The notes beneath the pieces are model-generated. The model was not told where the DNA came from. It ran no database searches and worked only from the letters and a program-made list of their open reading frames with translations. From assembly GCF_001194135.2 (NCBI RefSeq), contig NC_068995.1, positions 49,968,852-50,032,851 of the forward strand: a DNA stretch of 64,000 nt, written 5' to 3'. Shown here piece by piece: positions 28,701 through 42,249 of this stretch (positions are counted from its first letter, which is position 1; each line of letters begins with the position of its first letter). A program made the translations under genes and the position numbers. The DNA comes from Octopus bimaculoides (taxonomy: Eukaryota).

Positions 28701-30405
28701 CTGCTCAACCAGGGATGACCTGGGGCAAAAGTGCAACATATTTTAATATTTAGGTCACTCAACAGTGGTGGAACAAGCAGAATCAGTAGAGCATCTGTGA
28801 GGATAACTTCGTGATATCTGTTATGTCTCTAGTTTCTAAGCAGAAGTTTCATGACAGCTGAGGCCTTACATCCAATAACCGACTGTTTCCTAGCACAAAT
28901 AGAGACCCATAAAAACAGGACCCAACAATCCTTTCTGAACAGTGGCAAGCTATGCATGCACTTGTGGGTGTCAGCTAACTTTTGGATAAGTGGCTTGTCA
29001 GCTACCAGATCAATCCCCAAATCTAATCAGTTTGTGCCAGTCATGAGGCCAAACATCTCTGAAAGTTTCATCCAAATCTATCCAGCAGTTCTTGAGATAT
29101 CTTGTCCACAGACAAACAAACAAACACGATTGAAAACAATACCTCCACCTTCACTAAGGCAGAGGTAATATTAATAATAATTGCGCACATATGGTTGTTA
29201 GTTGCATATCAAGGAGCCCCCTACTCCATCCTTAGAAAAAGAGGAAAATAACCCAGTTCATTTTACTATTCAATCTAGATGTCTCCATGAACATGGAAAA
29301 AAACGTCTTGTCTTTAATTAGGCAACACTTCCAAAGCTCAAATAAATAGCATAAATTTTTTTAATGCACATAATGTTAAGGTGAATTACTTTTGCCTAGA
29401 CAATATCACTTCCAAAATGACATGTCTTAACAGATACAGCTACATATCTTTCACCTAAAGATCCTACTTTCAACATGAGAAATCAAATCAACTGCCTACA
29501 GGAAGGATTCTGGCTCTCTGCTAGTAACATTCAGCAATAATCAGACACAGTAGCAGTTGACAGCTATCAATTCCACAACATAATCTGAAGTAGCCAATGA
29601 CAAGCTTTATTCATCATCTATTGAAAAATCACTTATTTAGAAGCTGTGGTAATTTTGTCACACAGAACCAGGCATCCAAACAAAGTAATGAGATTCTGAG
29701 TCAAACAGAGCTTTTTTCTATTTATTTATTTTTATTTCTTTTATCTATGTGCATGCATACGTGTGTGAGATATAATCATCAAGAGCTGCTTATTCGTAAT
29801 CACAAAGGAGACCATAAACTAAAACTCTATAAGTTGAGTATTTGACATTTATTTACAAATCAGTCACAATTTTGTTTCATTCATATTTGAAATCATTGGA
29901 AATTATCTTCCAAGTTATAAATTATCAAAAAAGACAAACAAATTTGTAAACTCATCCACGTATAAATAATATACACAATAAACGCCCGGTTCAATGTACT
30001 GAATAAACTTTCCTATTCTGGGTACAAGACTTGAAATTTGGGGAGGACGGAGCAAGTCGAATACATCGATCTCCCACCTCCCCGAGCTCAACCGGTACTT
30101 ATCTCATCGACCCAAAAGGATGAAAGGCAAAGTCGACCTCAGCCGGACGTTAAGCATTTCGTTCAGCGTGATAACGAGCCTGCCAGCTCGCTAACTCAAT
30201 GGACCGATTAATAATACAAAGATAGCAATTTCAAACGAGAAAAAAAAGCGACTAGAGTGAGCTGAAGATATAACTCTTCGATGGGTAGAACAAAATATAA
30301 GAGGGTGAAGAAAAAAAGGTACGAAATAGAACGAAGAAAAATTAATAACTCTAATGAGAAAAACCGTAAGGTGAAGGCAGTAAAATCGCGTGAGAATGCG
30401 TAAAC

Positions 30406-30463
<58 letters not shown>

Positions 30464-33400
30464 NNNNNNNNNNNNNNNNNNNNNNNNNNNNNNNNNNNNN
30501 NNNNNNNNNNNNNNNNNNNNNNNNNNNNNNNNNNNNNNNNNNNNNNNNNNNNNNNNNNNNNNNNNNNNNNNNNNNNNNNNNNNNNNNNNNNNNNNNNNNN
30601 NNNNNNNNNNNNNNNNNNNNNNNNNNNNNNNNNNNNNNNNNNNNNNNNNNNNNNNNNNNNNNNNNNNNNNNNNNNNNNNNNNNNNNNNNNNNNNNNNNNN
30701 NNNNNNNNNNNNNNNNNNNNNNNNNNNNNNNNNNNNNNNNNNNNNNNNNNNNNNNNNNNNNNNNNNNNNNNNNNNNNNNNNNNNNNNNNNNNNNNNNNNN
30801 NNNNNNNNNNNNNNNNNNNNNNNNNNNNNNNNNNNNNNNNNNNNNNNNNNNNNNNNNNNNNNNNNNNNNNNNNNNNNNNNNNNNNNNNNNNNNNNNNNNN
30901 NNNNNNNNNNNNNNNNNNNNNNNNNNNNNNNNNNNNNNNNNNNNNNNNNNNNNNNNNNNNNNNNNNNNNNNNNNNNNNNNNNNNNNNNNNNNNNNNNNNN
31001 NNNNNNNNNNNNNNNNNNNNNNNNNNNNNNNNNNNNNNNNNNNNNNNNNNNNNNNNNNNNNNNNNNNNNNNNNNNNNNNNNNNNNNNNNNNNNNNNNNNN
31101 NNNNNNNNNNNNNNNNNNNNNNNNNNNNNNNNNNNNNNNNNNNNNNNNNNNNNNNNNNNNNNNNNNNNNNNNNNNNNNNNNNNNNNNNNNNNNNNNNNNN
31201 NNNNNNNNNNNNNNNNNNNNNNNNNNNNNNNNNNNNNNNNNNNNNNNNNNNNNNGTGGAAAGAGGAAGTGAAACCAACTAAATAAACGGTAAATGGACGA
31301 AAAGCGACAATCGGGAGAGTGGGTCAAAGCGGCTGTCCACATCGTCGTAATTAAATTTACACCAGAGGGGGAGGAAGGGAGTAAGAGGAGTAGAGGAAGA
31401 GGTTGGGAGAAAGACGTATTATATAATGGAAGTTACACACACACACACACAGATAAGTGCCCGCGCAAACACACACACACACACACAGGGGGGGGAGAGA
31501 CAAAGAGCAGCATTACGCAGCAGGCATGAAAGAAAGAGGGGGGAAGAGGCAAGTGACATTAATAAAGTACATTTCAAATAATAATATAAAGAACGTAAAT
31601 AATACGTGATAAAGAGACAGAGTGAGAGAGAGAAGGGGAGGGACGGATATGGAGAACAAACAAAAAAAAAAACTGGTAAAACGTGATAAGATGGTTGAAG
31701 GGTTTCTACCACTACAGCTAACTTCAACTATTAATAGGAAATAGAACAACAACGGGACAGACAGGGCGTGAATTGAAACCCCTAGTAGATAGTCTAAGAC
31801 TAATATGTATCACAAATATAGTTGTTTCTAGGTCCAGGCTAGCCCCGATCCAGGCTTTAGTGAAGTCTCAGCTGTTACAATCGTAATTTTCGTCCAGAAA
31901 GTGTATCTATCTAGGTCGATGTAGTACGATTTGAGGAGGATTTGGCTATTATTCCTAATACGTTGAGCAACCAGAGATTCCCTTGTCGGGTTGACACAAA
32001 CATAATTTTTTTGTTTCCAATAGATCTTTGTGACCGTTATAAATGAATTCAGAATAACCAGCCAACTGGATGTGGCAAACACAGAGATAATGCTTTGTAT
32101 AAAAGATAAAATGTCACACCTTACATACTGTTTACTAAGAATTCAAACCTGCGTAACAAGAAGCCACTATCTTTTTTATCTTAGGTGTTAACGAGACTGT
32201 CTTGTTTGCAGCTGCGCTTAAACGCGCGTACACACAGACACACACATTATTATATGGCGATCTTTCGAACTGTGTGTACAAGATGGGGGACAAAAGTGAA
32301 ACGAAATGCATCAAAGAAAAGCAAAAGATTAAACAAATGATCGTCAATAATCGACATCGTGTAAAAAGACAACTTTACCATCTTGCGTAATTATTATATT
32401 TTAGTAGAATAATAATAATAACAATAATAAACCTGACGCAGCTATGCAATATCGATTAACAAGCATTTGTTTACTTTCACTTTTCTACAGTGCAGGTTGC
32501 TCCACTTTATCCACCATCTTATATGTACAAATTTCGAAAGATGGCACCTTCACACATACACACACAACACGGAAAAGACAGAGTTAAAAAGCAGATGTAA
32601 AAACCCTTATTTTATTGAGAAAGTGTTCAAGCTTCTTAAGTTTAGATGTATACCATTGATAGAAAAAGTTTGTGACGGATCGGACAGAGTTCTTCATTCG
32701 ACACTGAACGAAATAAAAAAAAATGTAATTAATCACCAGCTGAGTCATGAGTAAACTGCGGCCCGCGAGACTGTCTGAATAGCTCGCCGATGAAAAATTA
32801 CATTTAATTTCTTTTTTGTTGGGGTTTTTTTTTGGGGGGGGGGAGGATACGGTCCGCCTGATGAGTTACGTCTCATACGGTCTGTTTCTCGTAGAAAGTT
32901 GTCCAACAAACACCTAGCCTTAAGCTCAAGAGAGCGTAGAATGGGTGAAAAACGAGAGGAAATAGCAAAAAAATTACTTGTTGCGCATGTGTTGGACTGA
33001 AAGCTATCGCAAAGAAAAAAAATAAGAGAAATGAAGGGAATCTGGGAGCGAAAAATGTAGAAAGTGGAATAAGAAAGAGAATGAATGGGAAGATAAGAAT
33101 GATAGAAAGGAATAATTACTAGAATGTACGAGCGAGGTGGGTGTGCGAACGAAATAACAGTGGTTTACAGTTTCTTAGCAGTACTATCTACATATACGTC
33201 TGCACATACAAACATGAAATCTGACTGCTGGACAGAAAAAAAAAAGTTCCTACATTGGCATAAATCAGTAAAATACACATACACGGTTGAATCCACTTAA
33301 ATATGACCACTTAGCGACTAAGTCTTATCGATAACAATAAGGGTCTGATAATATTAGCCATGGTTATAAACAGCACCTGCTGTGTATATTACGCGCGCAC

Positions 33401-35256
33401 ACATACATATACTCTTTTACTTGTTTCAGTCCTTTGACTGCGGCCATGCTGGAGCACCGCCTTTAGTCGAGCAAATCGACCCTCTGGACTTATTCTTTGT
33501 AAGCCTAGTACTTATTCTATCGGTCTCTTTGGCCGAACCGCTAAGTTACGGGGACGTAAACATACCAGCATCGGTTGTCAAGCGATGTTGGGGGGAGACA
33601 AACACAGACACACACACATATATATACATTTATTTTTGCTTGCAATAGCGGGTTCTTAGGTCAAACTATCGTATCTCCAGCTGCTTCAGATGCCAAGATA
33701 TCAAAAATCGTCAAAGCGTACGTAGTACAACGGTTCTGTTATGGAATGCTGAAAATATTTTTTCGTTTTCTGAAAAAGCAACGTTTTGGACTTATGACAC
33801 TTTTGCACGAGTGAATGTACAAACGAAAGAAGGGTACTCAGCAAATTTATTGGGTGTCACATGTACGGATCAAAATAGTTTGATTCAAATTTGTCGGTAC
33901 TCGAGTTTCAAGTGTGACGATAGTCGTCAGCCATTTTGAATTCAAAATGGCAGACGACGAGTATCAACGAATTTGAATCAAACTATATATATTATCTGTC
34001 ACTTGTTTCAGTCACTAGACTACGGCCATGCTTGGGCACCGCCTTGAATTTTTAGTCGAATGAATCGACCCTCGTACTTATCATTTATCCTAGGTGTTAA
34101 CGAGACTGTCTTGTTTGCAGTTGCGCTTAAACACGCGCGCACAAGCAATATCACATTATTATATGAAAAGATTAAGGGCTCTCGGGCATAACTGTTTACC
34201 GGACCCCTTTGAATGTGTGTTTTAGTAGAATTAACATGTAAAGTGCCGGACCCCCTCGGGCAATGCCCGACTGACCGACGTTTCAACCCGCCCCTGCTAG
34301 CATGAGATAACTAGGCAGTCAGTATTCCACAGCTGAATGCCCTTCCTATCATCAAACCTTATTTGCTTTCTTTGACACAAAATACTTCATTCCATCTGCT
34401 GAGCTGCAGGAAAAATGCTACCACAGCATGAAATGATATCAGTATAAAGTCATATGGAGACACAAACACACACACCTACATATGTTAGTGTCTCCTTGTC
34501 TTGACATCATGTGATAGTTCCTTCCAATCTTCCGTGAAAACATATCAGGTCGCGGGAAAATATTATAATTGCTTGGAAACAAGTGAAGTTTGACGACAGA
34601 GAGCATCCGGTCGTAGAAAATCTGGCTCACAGAATTCCCTCCTAACCTATGCAAGTTTAGAAAAGTGGACGTTAAAACGACGACGATGATGATATAAACT
34701 TAGAACTCGTCCTTTAACAACATGATCAGATGTTAAGACTCTTGTCCCTGAGGAGAAGTCTTAATTTGTCCGTGTAAGACACTTGACATCAAGTAGCCTT
34801 GCTCTGTATCATTTGAGCTCTGTTTTATCAAAGATAACTGCATCCACTTGATTATACAAACATACATACACACAGGCAAACACAAAATATATAGAATACG
34901 TATTCACACACTAGAACTATTACAAGAAACTAGTCCATGCGTTTGTTAAGTCTAAGTAACACTTGCCAAAGTCATTCACACAAACGCACATAAAAATAAT
35001 CAGTTCTAGAAGAATTGGGTTAGCTGTTGTAATTGAGGGTATATATACAGAGAGAGAAAGGGTGAGAGTGAGAGAGAGACTATCGAGGGCACGGGAGGGA
35101 GGAGATGAAAACAGCTGAAGATAGGGGCAAAATGAAAGGAAGCAACACATTCTCATCTGTCTCACCGAATACAAGCCGTTTTATAGTTTTGTCCCCTTCC
35201 TTGAAAAACCGGCGCAGAAAGCAGCGGAAAAAATATATATATATATATATATATGT

Positions 35257-35302
<46 letters not shown>

Positions 35303-38252
35303 TCGTTTATATTTATATAAGGGCATTATTAACTTCGCAAAAATGTTTGGTGATTAGTGTACGTGGACCAAAGAGAAAAGGCTCAATTTTTTTTTAAATG
35401 TGGTGGGAATAAGGTGATGGGAAGATCAATTTGAAAAGAGATATAAAAAGGAAACTGTTTAAAATAAGGAAAATAAAAAGTATATATATATATAAATATA
35501 GGGACCAACATGGACTAGGAAAGACAAAGGATTTAACGTGGTGAAAGATAAAAGGATTCTTGAGTTGGAAGAAAAATGTAAATAAAAAATAGGAAAATAT
35601 GCCTGTAATAGGGATCAAATAAATGGAAGGATGGTGAGGACTGTACTTCCGCACCCCTTATGTGACCGCATGAGGATGGCGTCGTTAGATTTGCTAGAGC
35701 GAGCAGCCAAATCTCCCTCAAAATTATCCTACTCCCTCTTGAAGAACGCAAGTGTACACAAGGATAATGCCGGCCTAGATACGCAATTCACAAAGGAATG
35801 ACGAGATGGTCATGGCAGGCGGGATTTTTTATTCTATTTTATTTTTATCGATAGGACTTGAGTCAAAACAAAGAGGAATAATTTATGTGGCTGTTGATGG
35901 TGATGACGACGACGACCAGAAAGACGGGTAGAGAGGTAGTGAACGGATAGATGGGCTGAGGTGATGGGACAGGAAGGTGGTGGACTTAGTGCAGATAGAA
36001 AACGGTCGGTGCGTGTTGTGTGTGTGTGTGTCGTTTGTTTGCCCAGACAGGAAACCAGTCAACAAGGTCAGTGAGCCATATCAAGACCGCCCGTGTGTCC
36101 CAGACTGCAATAACAAACCGATAAAGGATGGGATACAGTAGGCGTTAATATTGATGGGAATAGAGGTTATATCATAAACTTAAATAAAAACCATTAGCGG
36201 TATCAACGAGGGAGCTTTTTTTACGTGGTCGCTCAACACGCAACAAAAAATAGCAGCTAAACCCCAACTCAAAACACAAGAGACAACCTTAATAAAAAAA
36301 AAATAATAATAATAATAAAGACATCGGATACGGTTGAGTTAGATATTTAGCGATTGAAATGTGGGTTGGTTACGGCCGGAATTTCTTTGATCAGGTTGGA
36401 CATGCACACAAACAAAATCACCAGCATCGTAGTCATCATGCCATCTGCATTTTGATTTCGGGTCGAAGCCGTTTCGCTCTTCTCCTTGGCAGGAAGGATT
36501 GCCGATGTGATTGATCGAACCGCTAACTATAGCAGTTAAATCTCGCATCTTTAAATGGAGACATTAGATAACATAGTCTGACGTTTACTATTCTTGAAAA
36601 TAAGAAAATAATTCGGAACGGTAATGAAATAGAACGCCTTTAATCATAGGTTTGCTCCATAACGGCTGACCTGGGGTTTAAAAACAATGCTTTTAAAAAA
36701 GACATCGACTTCATTTCCGACCCCTTCCCTTACAAGTGCGAAACCTTCCTTTGTTATTGTTTAGCCCGAGGTCAGCCACGACTGAGCACAGCTGTGAACA
36801 AAGGCGTACGAATCATGATCATCCGATCATTGGTTTCTACACTACATCATCCAATGTGTCCCCCCCCCCTTCTAATATGACAGCAAAATGTGATTTGGGA
36901 AAGAAATGGTTTCCATTTCTGGCAAGTCGAACGACTGCTAAAGTGCAAATGTTAACGACCCGGTTTCGATTTCAATTGAAAGCCATTATTATTTCACTTC
37001 CTTTCACGCCTCTGAGAAAACATGAATGTCACAAGCACTCTTTATGTATACCATCACATCGGATACACTGAAAAACAGTTGTTCTTTTTAACCCTGGTTC
37101 AAAAGAATTCCAATCATGATTATCCAGTCGTTTTAGGGGGTGGGGTGCAAGGTGGTAGTATGGTGTACTTTGGAAGGTTTGATTGTCATTTCAAGCAGAT
37201 CGCGCGACCATGTAAAGGCTCCCTTGCTAGGTGTAGTGAACAATAGTCCTTTCTAGACCCAGTTTGTTTTCGGTTCTTACCCAAATTAATTTTCGTGTAA
37301 AGAAACTTGCAAGTTACAGTATTAAACAGTCACACACACACACACACACACACAGAGTTAGATATACTCTCTCACAGACAAATAGTACAGGGTCGAGGCA
37401 ATGAACAAGCCACTATGTGATCATTCTGGCTGCTAGAAATAGAAGCAAAATATTACTACATTAAGAAATGAAATTACTTTGTGTAATTTCTAAAGAAATT
37501 ACACAATGAATGCAGTATGTCTGGAAGGAGAAAAAGCTTTAGAAAAAGTCTTTTCACACGGCTGACCACGGGCTAAAAACAAGGAGGTGGTGATGTCATA
37601 TCTCTTATGTGCAAAGTCTTTTTTCATATACCGACACTAGAACTTCATTGAGGGGCAAATACACGCGCTTCGATATTAAGCTTCAATTAATAAAAAAAAA
37701 AACAGAAAGAGGTTTAGTAAAGTTTATTTACCATTAAACATGACACAAGCGCACCCAAAAGTTCCATCTTTAGTAATTCAGCAGCAGTAAAAATCTACCT
37801 ATATAGGGTCTGAAGTTAAAACTAACCCCTCTCTTTCTTAACATTAGGGCATAGGGGAAGAGGCACAACCTAAACAGCTTTACAGTCGGGATATTATAAG
37901 GCCTAGTTTGGTAGTAATGGGGATACGAATCAGAGAGACTAGTTAATGACACTTGAACCAAATATCTTACAGTCACAGTATATGACTGGTATTCGGTTTA
38001 TCAAACGTTTGTGGAAATGAAAGAGAAGATGAACGACAAAGCCTACTCGTCCCTCCACATTTAGTGAGAAGTCTTAAGTGTGGGTAGAATTAGCCACCCT
38101 CAGGTAAAATGTGATAACAGGAAAAGATCTAACGATGTGTATTCGTTATGTAAGTGCGTATATCATTACGAACACACACACACAAGCTATATGTATATAT
38201 ATATATATATATTGTAAGTAATAAGGCACTAAAAGATAATGACTCTCCCCAG

Positions 38253-38293
<41 letters not shown>

Positions 38294-38303
38294 NNNNNNN
38301 NNN

Positions 38304-38338
<35 letters not shown>

Positions 38339-39074
38339 GCGAAAGTAAAGAATATGCACACCCGGTGTTTAGAGTTGGGTTTGGGGTTTTGTTACGCTGA
38401 AAACGGGTGGGGTGCGTATTCTTTACCTCCGCCTATATACGTGTGCGTGTGTTCAAATTCATACATATATTTATTATGTATGTGCACCTATGTAACAGTC
38501 TAAATAAATACGTTCGCTGGTGTTGCACACACACACACACACACATGTGTGTTCCTGCACATGTTAAAATGCGTGTCTGTATTACATGCTGACATATGCG
38601 CGTTAGAGTACACGTGCTCTTGCGCGCGCACTAGTATATTTACACAGGCCTGCATACATTTACATGCGTGTGTATACACATACACACATAGGATTGGCGG
38701 GTTTCGCCAGTAGATATATTGCAAAACGAGGAAGATATAGTTTTTAATATTAATAGGAAAAAAAAAAACAACAACTATAATTTATTAAAATAATCATCGA
38801 TTGTGTGCATATTTGCATATATGCGTGTTTATATATGTATATATATACAGTAATCCCACACCAAATTGCGGTTCACCTATCGCGCACTCAGAACATCGCA
38901 GTTCACCTATTGTGTACTCAATACATCGCGGATTTTTCTGGCTAATATATGTACATTTATATCGCGGGTTTCTGCGGCCGATAGATACCTATATTTTTTA
39001 GACTTTAATTATTTGTGGGAGGTTTTGAAACTTAACACACGCGATAACCGAAGGATTACTCTCTCCCTCTCTCG

Positions 39075-39108
<34 letters not shown>

Positions 39109-39631
39109 TTTTAATCGGCAGAATCATACGGAAGTGACTCAACGGCGCAGTTTCGTGCATGGTACTTTATCAAACTGACTTCAAAACTAGAAGCTTGCCT
39201 CTTCTATATACGTATAGTGAATTATAATTATTNNNNNNNNNNNNNNNNNNNNNNNNNNNNNNNNNNNNNNNNNNNNNNNNNNNNNNNNNNNNNNNNNNNN
39301 NNNNNNNNNNNNNNNNNNNNNNNNNNNNNNNNNNNNNNNNNNNNNNNNNNNNNNNNNNNNNNNNNNNNNNNNNNNNNNNNNNNNNNNNNNNNNNNNNNNN
39401 NNNNNNNNNNNNNNNNNNNNNNNNNNNNNNNNNNNNNNNNNNNNNNNNNNNNNNNNNNNNNNNNNNNNNNNNNNNNNNNNNNNNNNNNNNNNNNNNNNNN
39501 NNNNNNNNNNNNNNNNNNNNNNNNNNNNNNNNNNNNNNNNNNNNNNNNNNNNNNNNNNNNNNNNNNNNNNNNNNNNNNNNNNNNNNNNNNNNNNNNNNNN
39601 NNNNNNNNNNNNNNNNNNNNNNNATATATAT

Positions 39632-39682
<51 letters not shown>

Positions 39683-39886
39683 TAAATATACATACAAACA
39701 TATATATATATACACACATAAATATACATACATATATATATTATCATCATCGTTTAACGTCCGCTTTCCATGCTAGCATGGGTTGGACGATTTGACTGAG
39801 GACTGGTGAACCAGATGGCTACACCAGGCTCCAATCTGATTTGGCAGAGTTTCTACAGCTGGATGCCCTTCCTAACACCAACCACT

Positions 39887-39927
<41 letters not shown>

Positions 39928-42210
39928 TATATGTACTGGGTACTGTGTGTTCTAACAACTGTATACACACACATGTACGCGTGTGTGCGCGCGTGAATGT
40001 ATATATGCATATATAAATTTATATACACTTATGCACACACACAATATATAAACAGTAGCACCGTCAACCATCTGATGTTAGTAAATAATCATGGACTGAA
40101 TTACTATTTTCTCTGATCCCAACGCAGAGTAGACCTCGCTCAAGAACATTATCACCAAATCTGCGCGAGAGAACATTGGTTTCCAAAAGCGATCCTATGC
40201 AGACCGGTTCGACTCAAAAAGTCTTGAAATCTCCTCCTTGATTGATGCCTAGCGATCGGCACTCATTGAACATCTGAACAACCCCTTATGTTCCATGAAA
40301 CTCGCCAGATTCAAGAAAGCCAAGTCACTCTGCCAAAGAAGGATTCGCAAGATCAAGAATCAATGGTGGTAGGCCAAAGCTGTCCAACTCCAATCCTTTG
40401 CTGACAGCCGTGACATGCGGAACTTTTTTGCTGGAACCAAGGAAATCTACGGTCCCCAAAGATCATCAACATCCCAGCTGAAAACGGCAGACAACTCAAC
40501 TGTCATCACCGAGAAGGATGGGATTCTTCACTGCTGGAAAGAACACTTCGAAGCCTTGTTGAATCGCCTGTCAGACCGGAACTGTCATGTCCCCCTTCCC
40601 ATATCCAATTCATGACTGCTTTCAATCAAATGAAACCTAACAAAGCTCCCGGACCCGACAACATTCCCTTTGAACTCCTCAAAGCGGGTGGACCTGCTCT
40701 TCAGGCAAGACTCTTCATGCTGATTCTGCAGATCTGGGAGAAGAAATAGATTCCTCAAGATCTCAAAGATGCAGTCATTGTCACTATCTTCAAGAAAGGA
40801 GATAGGAGCCTTTGTGGTAACTGTCGTGGCATCTCTCTGCTTTCAATCGCAGGCAATTGATGTGGAAGTTTTCAAAGAACATCTGGACAGGTTTCTCTCT
40901 AAGATAGCAGATGAACCCACATCGCAGAAGGAGACGCAAAGAACAGCGGCTCTGTCCAACTCGCTACTTCACCAAAAACAATACCAGAAACAACACCAAG
41001 TAACTACAGGAGGTGTACCGGCATGACCTCAGCCTTGGGCTGAAACCAGTAAAAGATAATGTATATGTGTGTGTATGTATATATATACTTATATATATGT
41101 GTGTGAGCAGTAATATCATAGGAAAGTTAACCAGGAAGATAGTTTCTGTGTGTGGCAGATGCACAGAGGCAATAAACACTGAAGATGTACAGAAAACAGA
41201 TTCTATCACATGCCAGGAGGAAAACTATAAGTAGTTCATAGCTTCCGCTACCTAAGCAACCAAGTCTGTAGTCGGGGTGGTTGCTCAGAGTGTAGCAGCA
41301 AGAATAAGAATAGCCTGGGCAAAGTTAAAGGAGCTCCTACCTCTGCTGGCAACTAAGGGCCTCTCATTCAGGATGAAAGGTAAACTGTATAATGCATGTG
41401 TGCGAACTGCCATGCTACAAGGCAGTGAAACATGGGCCATGACTACAGCTGAGGACATGCGCAGGGTTGAAAGAAATGAAGCTAGTATGATCCACTGCAT
41501 GCGTAATGTCAGTGTGCATACACAACAGAGTGCGAATGCCCCGAGAGAAAAGCTGGACATAAGAAGCATCAAATGCAGTGTGCAAGAGAGACGACTGTGC
41601 TGGCATGGTCATGTGTTATGTATGGATGAGGACAGCTGTGGGAGGAAGTGCCACGCCCTAACTGTGGAAGGAACCTGTGGAAGGGGTAGACCGAGGAAGA
41701 CAAGGGATGAGGTGTTGAAGTATGACTTTCAAACATTGGGCCTCACGGAAGCAATGATATATATATATGTATATGTATGTATATATATATGTATGTATAT
41801 ATATGCATGTATGTATATATCATCATCATCGTTTAACGTCCGCTTTCCATGCTAGCATGGGTTGGACGATTTGACTGAGGACTGGTGAAACCGGATGGCA
41901 ACACCAGGCTCCAATCTAATTTGGCAGAGTTTCTACAGCTGGATGCCCTTCCTNNNNNNNNNNNNNNNNNNNNNNNNNNNNNNNNNNNNNNNNNNNNNNN
42001 NNNNNNNNNNNNNNNNNNNNNNNNNNNNNNNNNNNNNNNNNNNNNNNNNNNNNNNNNNNNNNNNNNNNNNNNNNNNNNNNNNNNNNNNNNNNNNNNNNNN
42101 NNNNNNNNNNNNNNNNNNNNNNNNNNNNNNCAATGATCTCGCTCGAAAACCCTACCAGGCCAGTCAGGCGGTACTGGTAGGGTTTTCGAGCGAGATCATT
42201 GCCAGTGCTC

Positions 42211-42249
<39 letters not shown>

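Noticed and set aside
30191-31342. Long ORFs spanning X runs (also at 39k, 43k, 44k, 53k, 57k and 63k)
   Set aside because: Artefacts of N gaps and flanking (AT)n/(AG)n microsatellites.
33326-35853. Two TATCGATA (DRE-like) words
   Set aside because: 8-mers expected by chance in AT-rich DNA, and far from the mapped start.
36339-36548. Minus-strand ORF and an ATGATGA...CTGA C/D-box-like pair
   Set aside because: No recognisable protein; box spacing is only about 50 nt with no terminal stem, too weak for a snoRNA.
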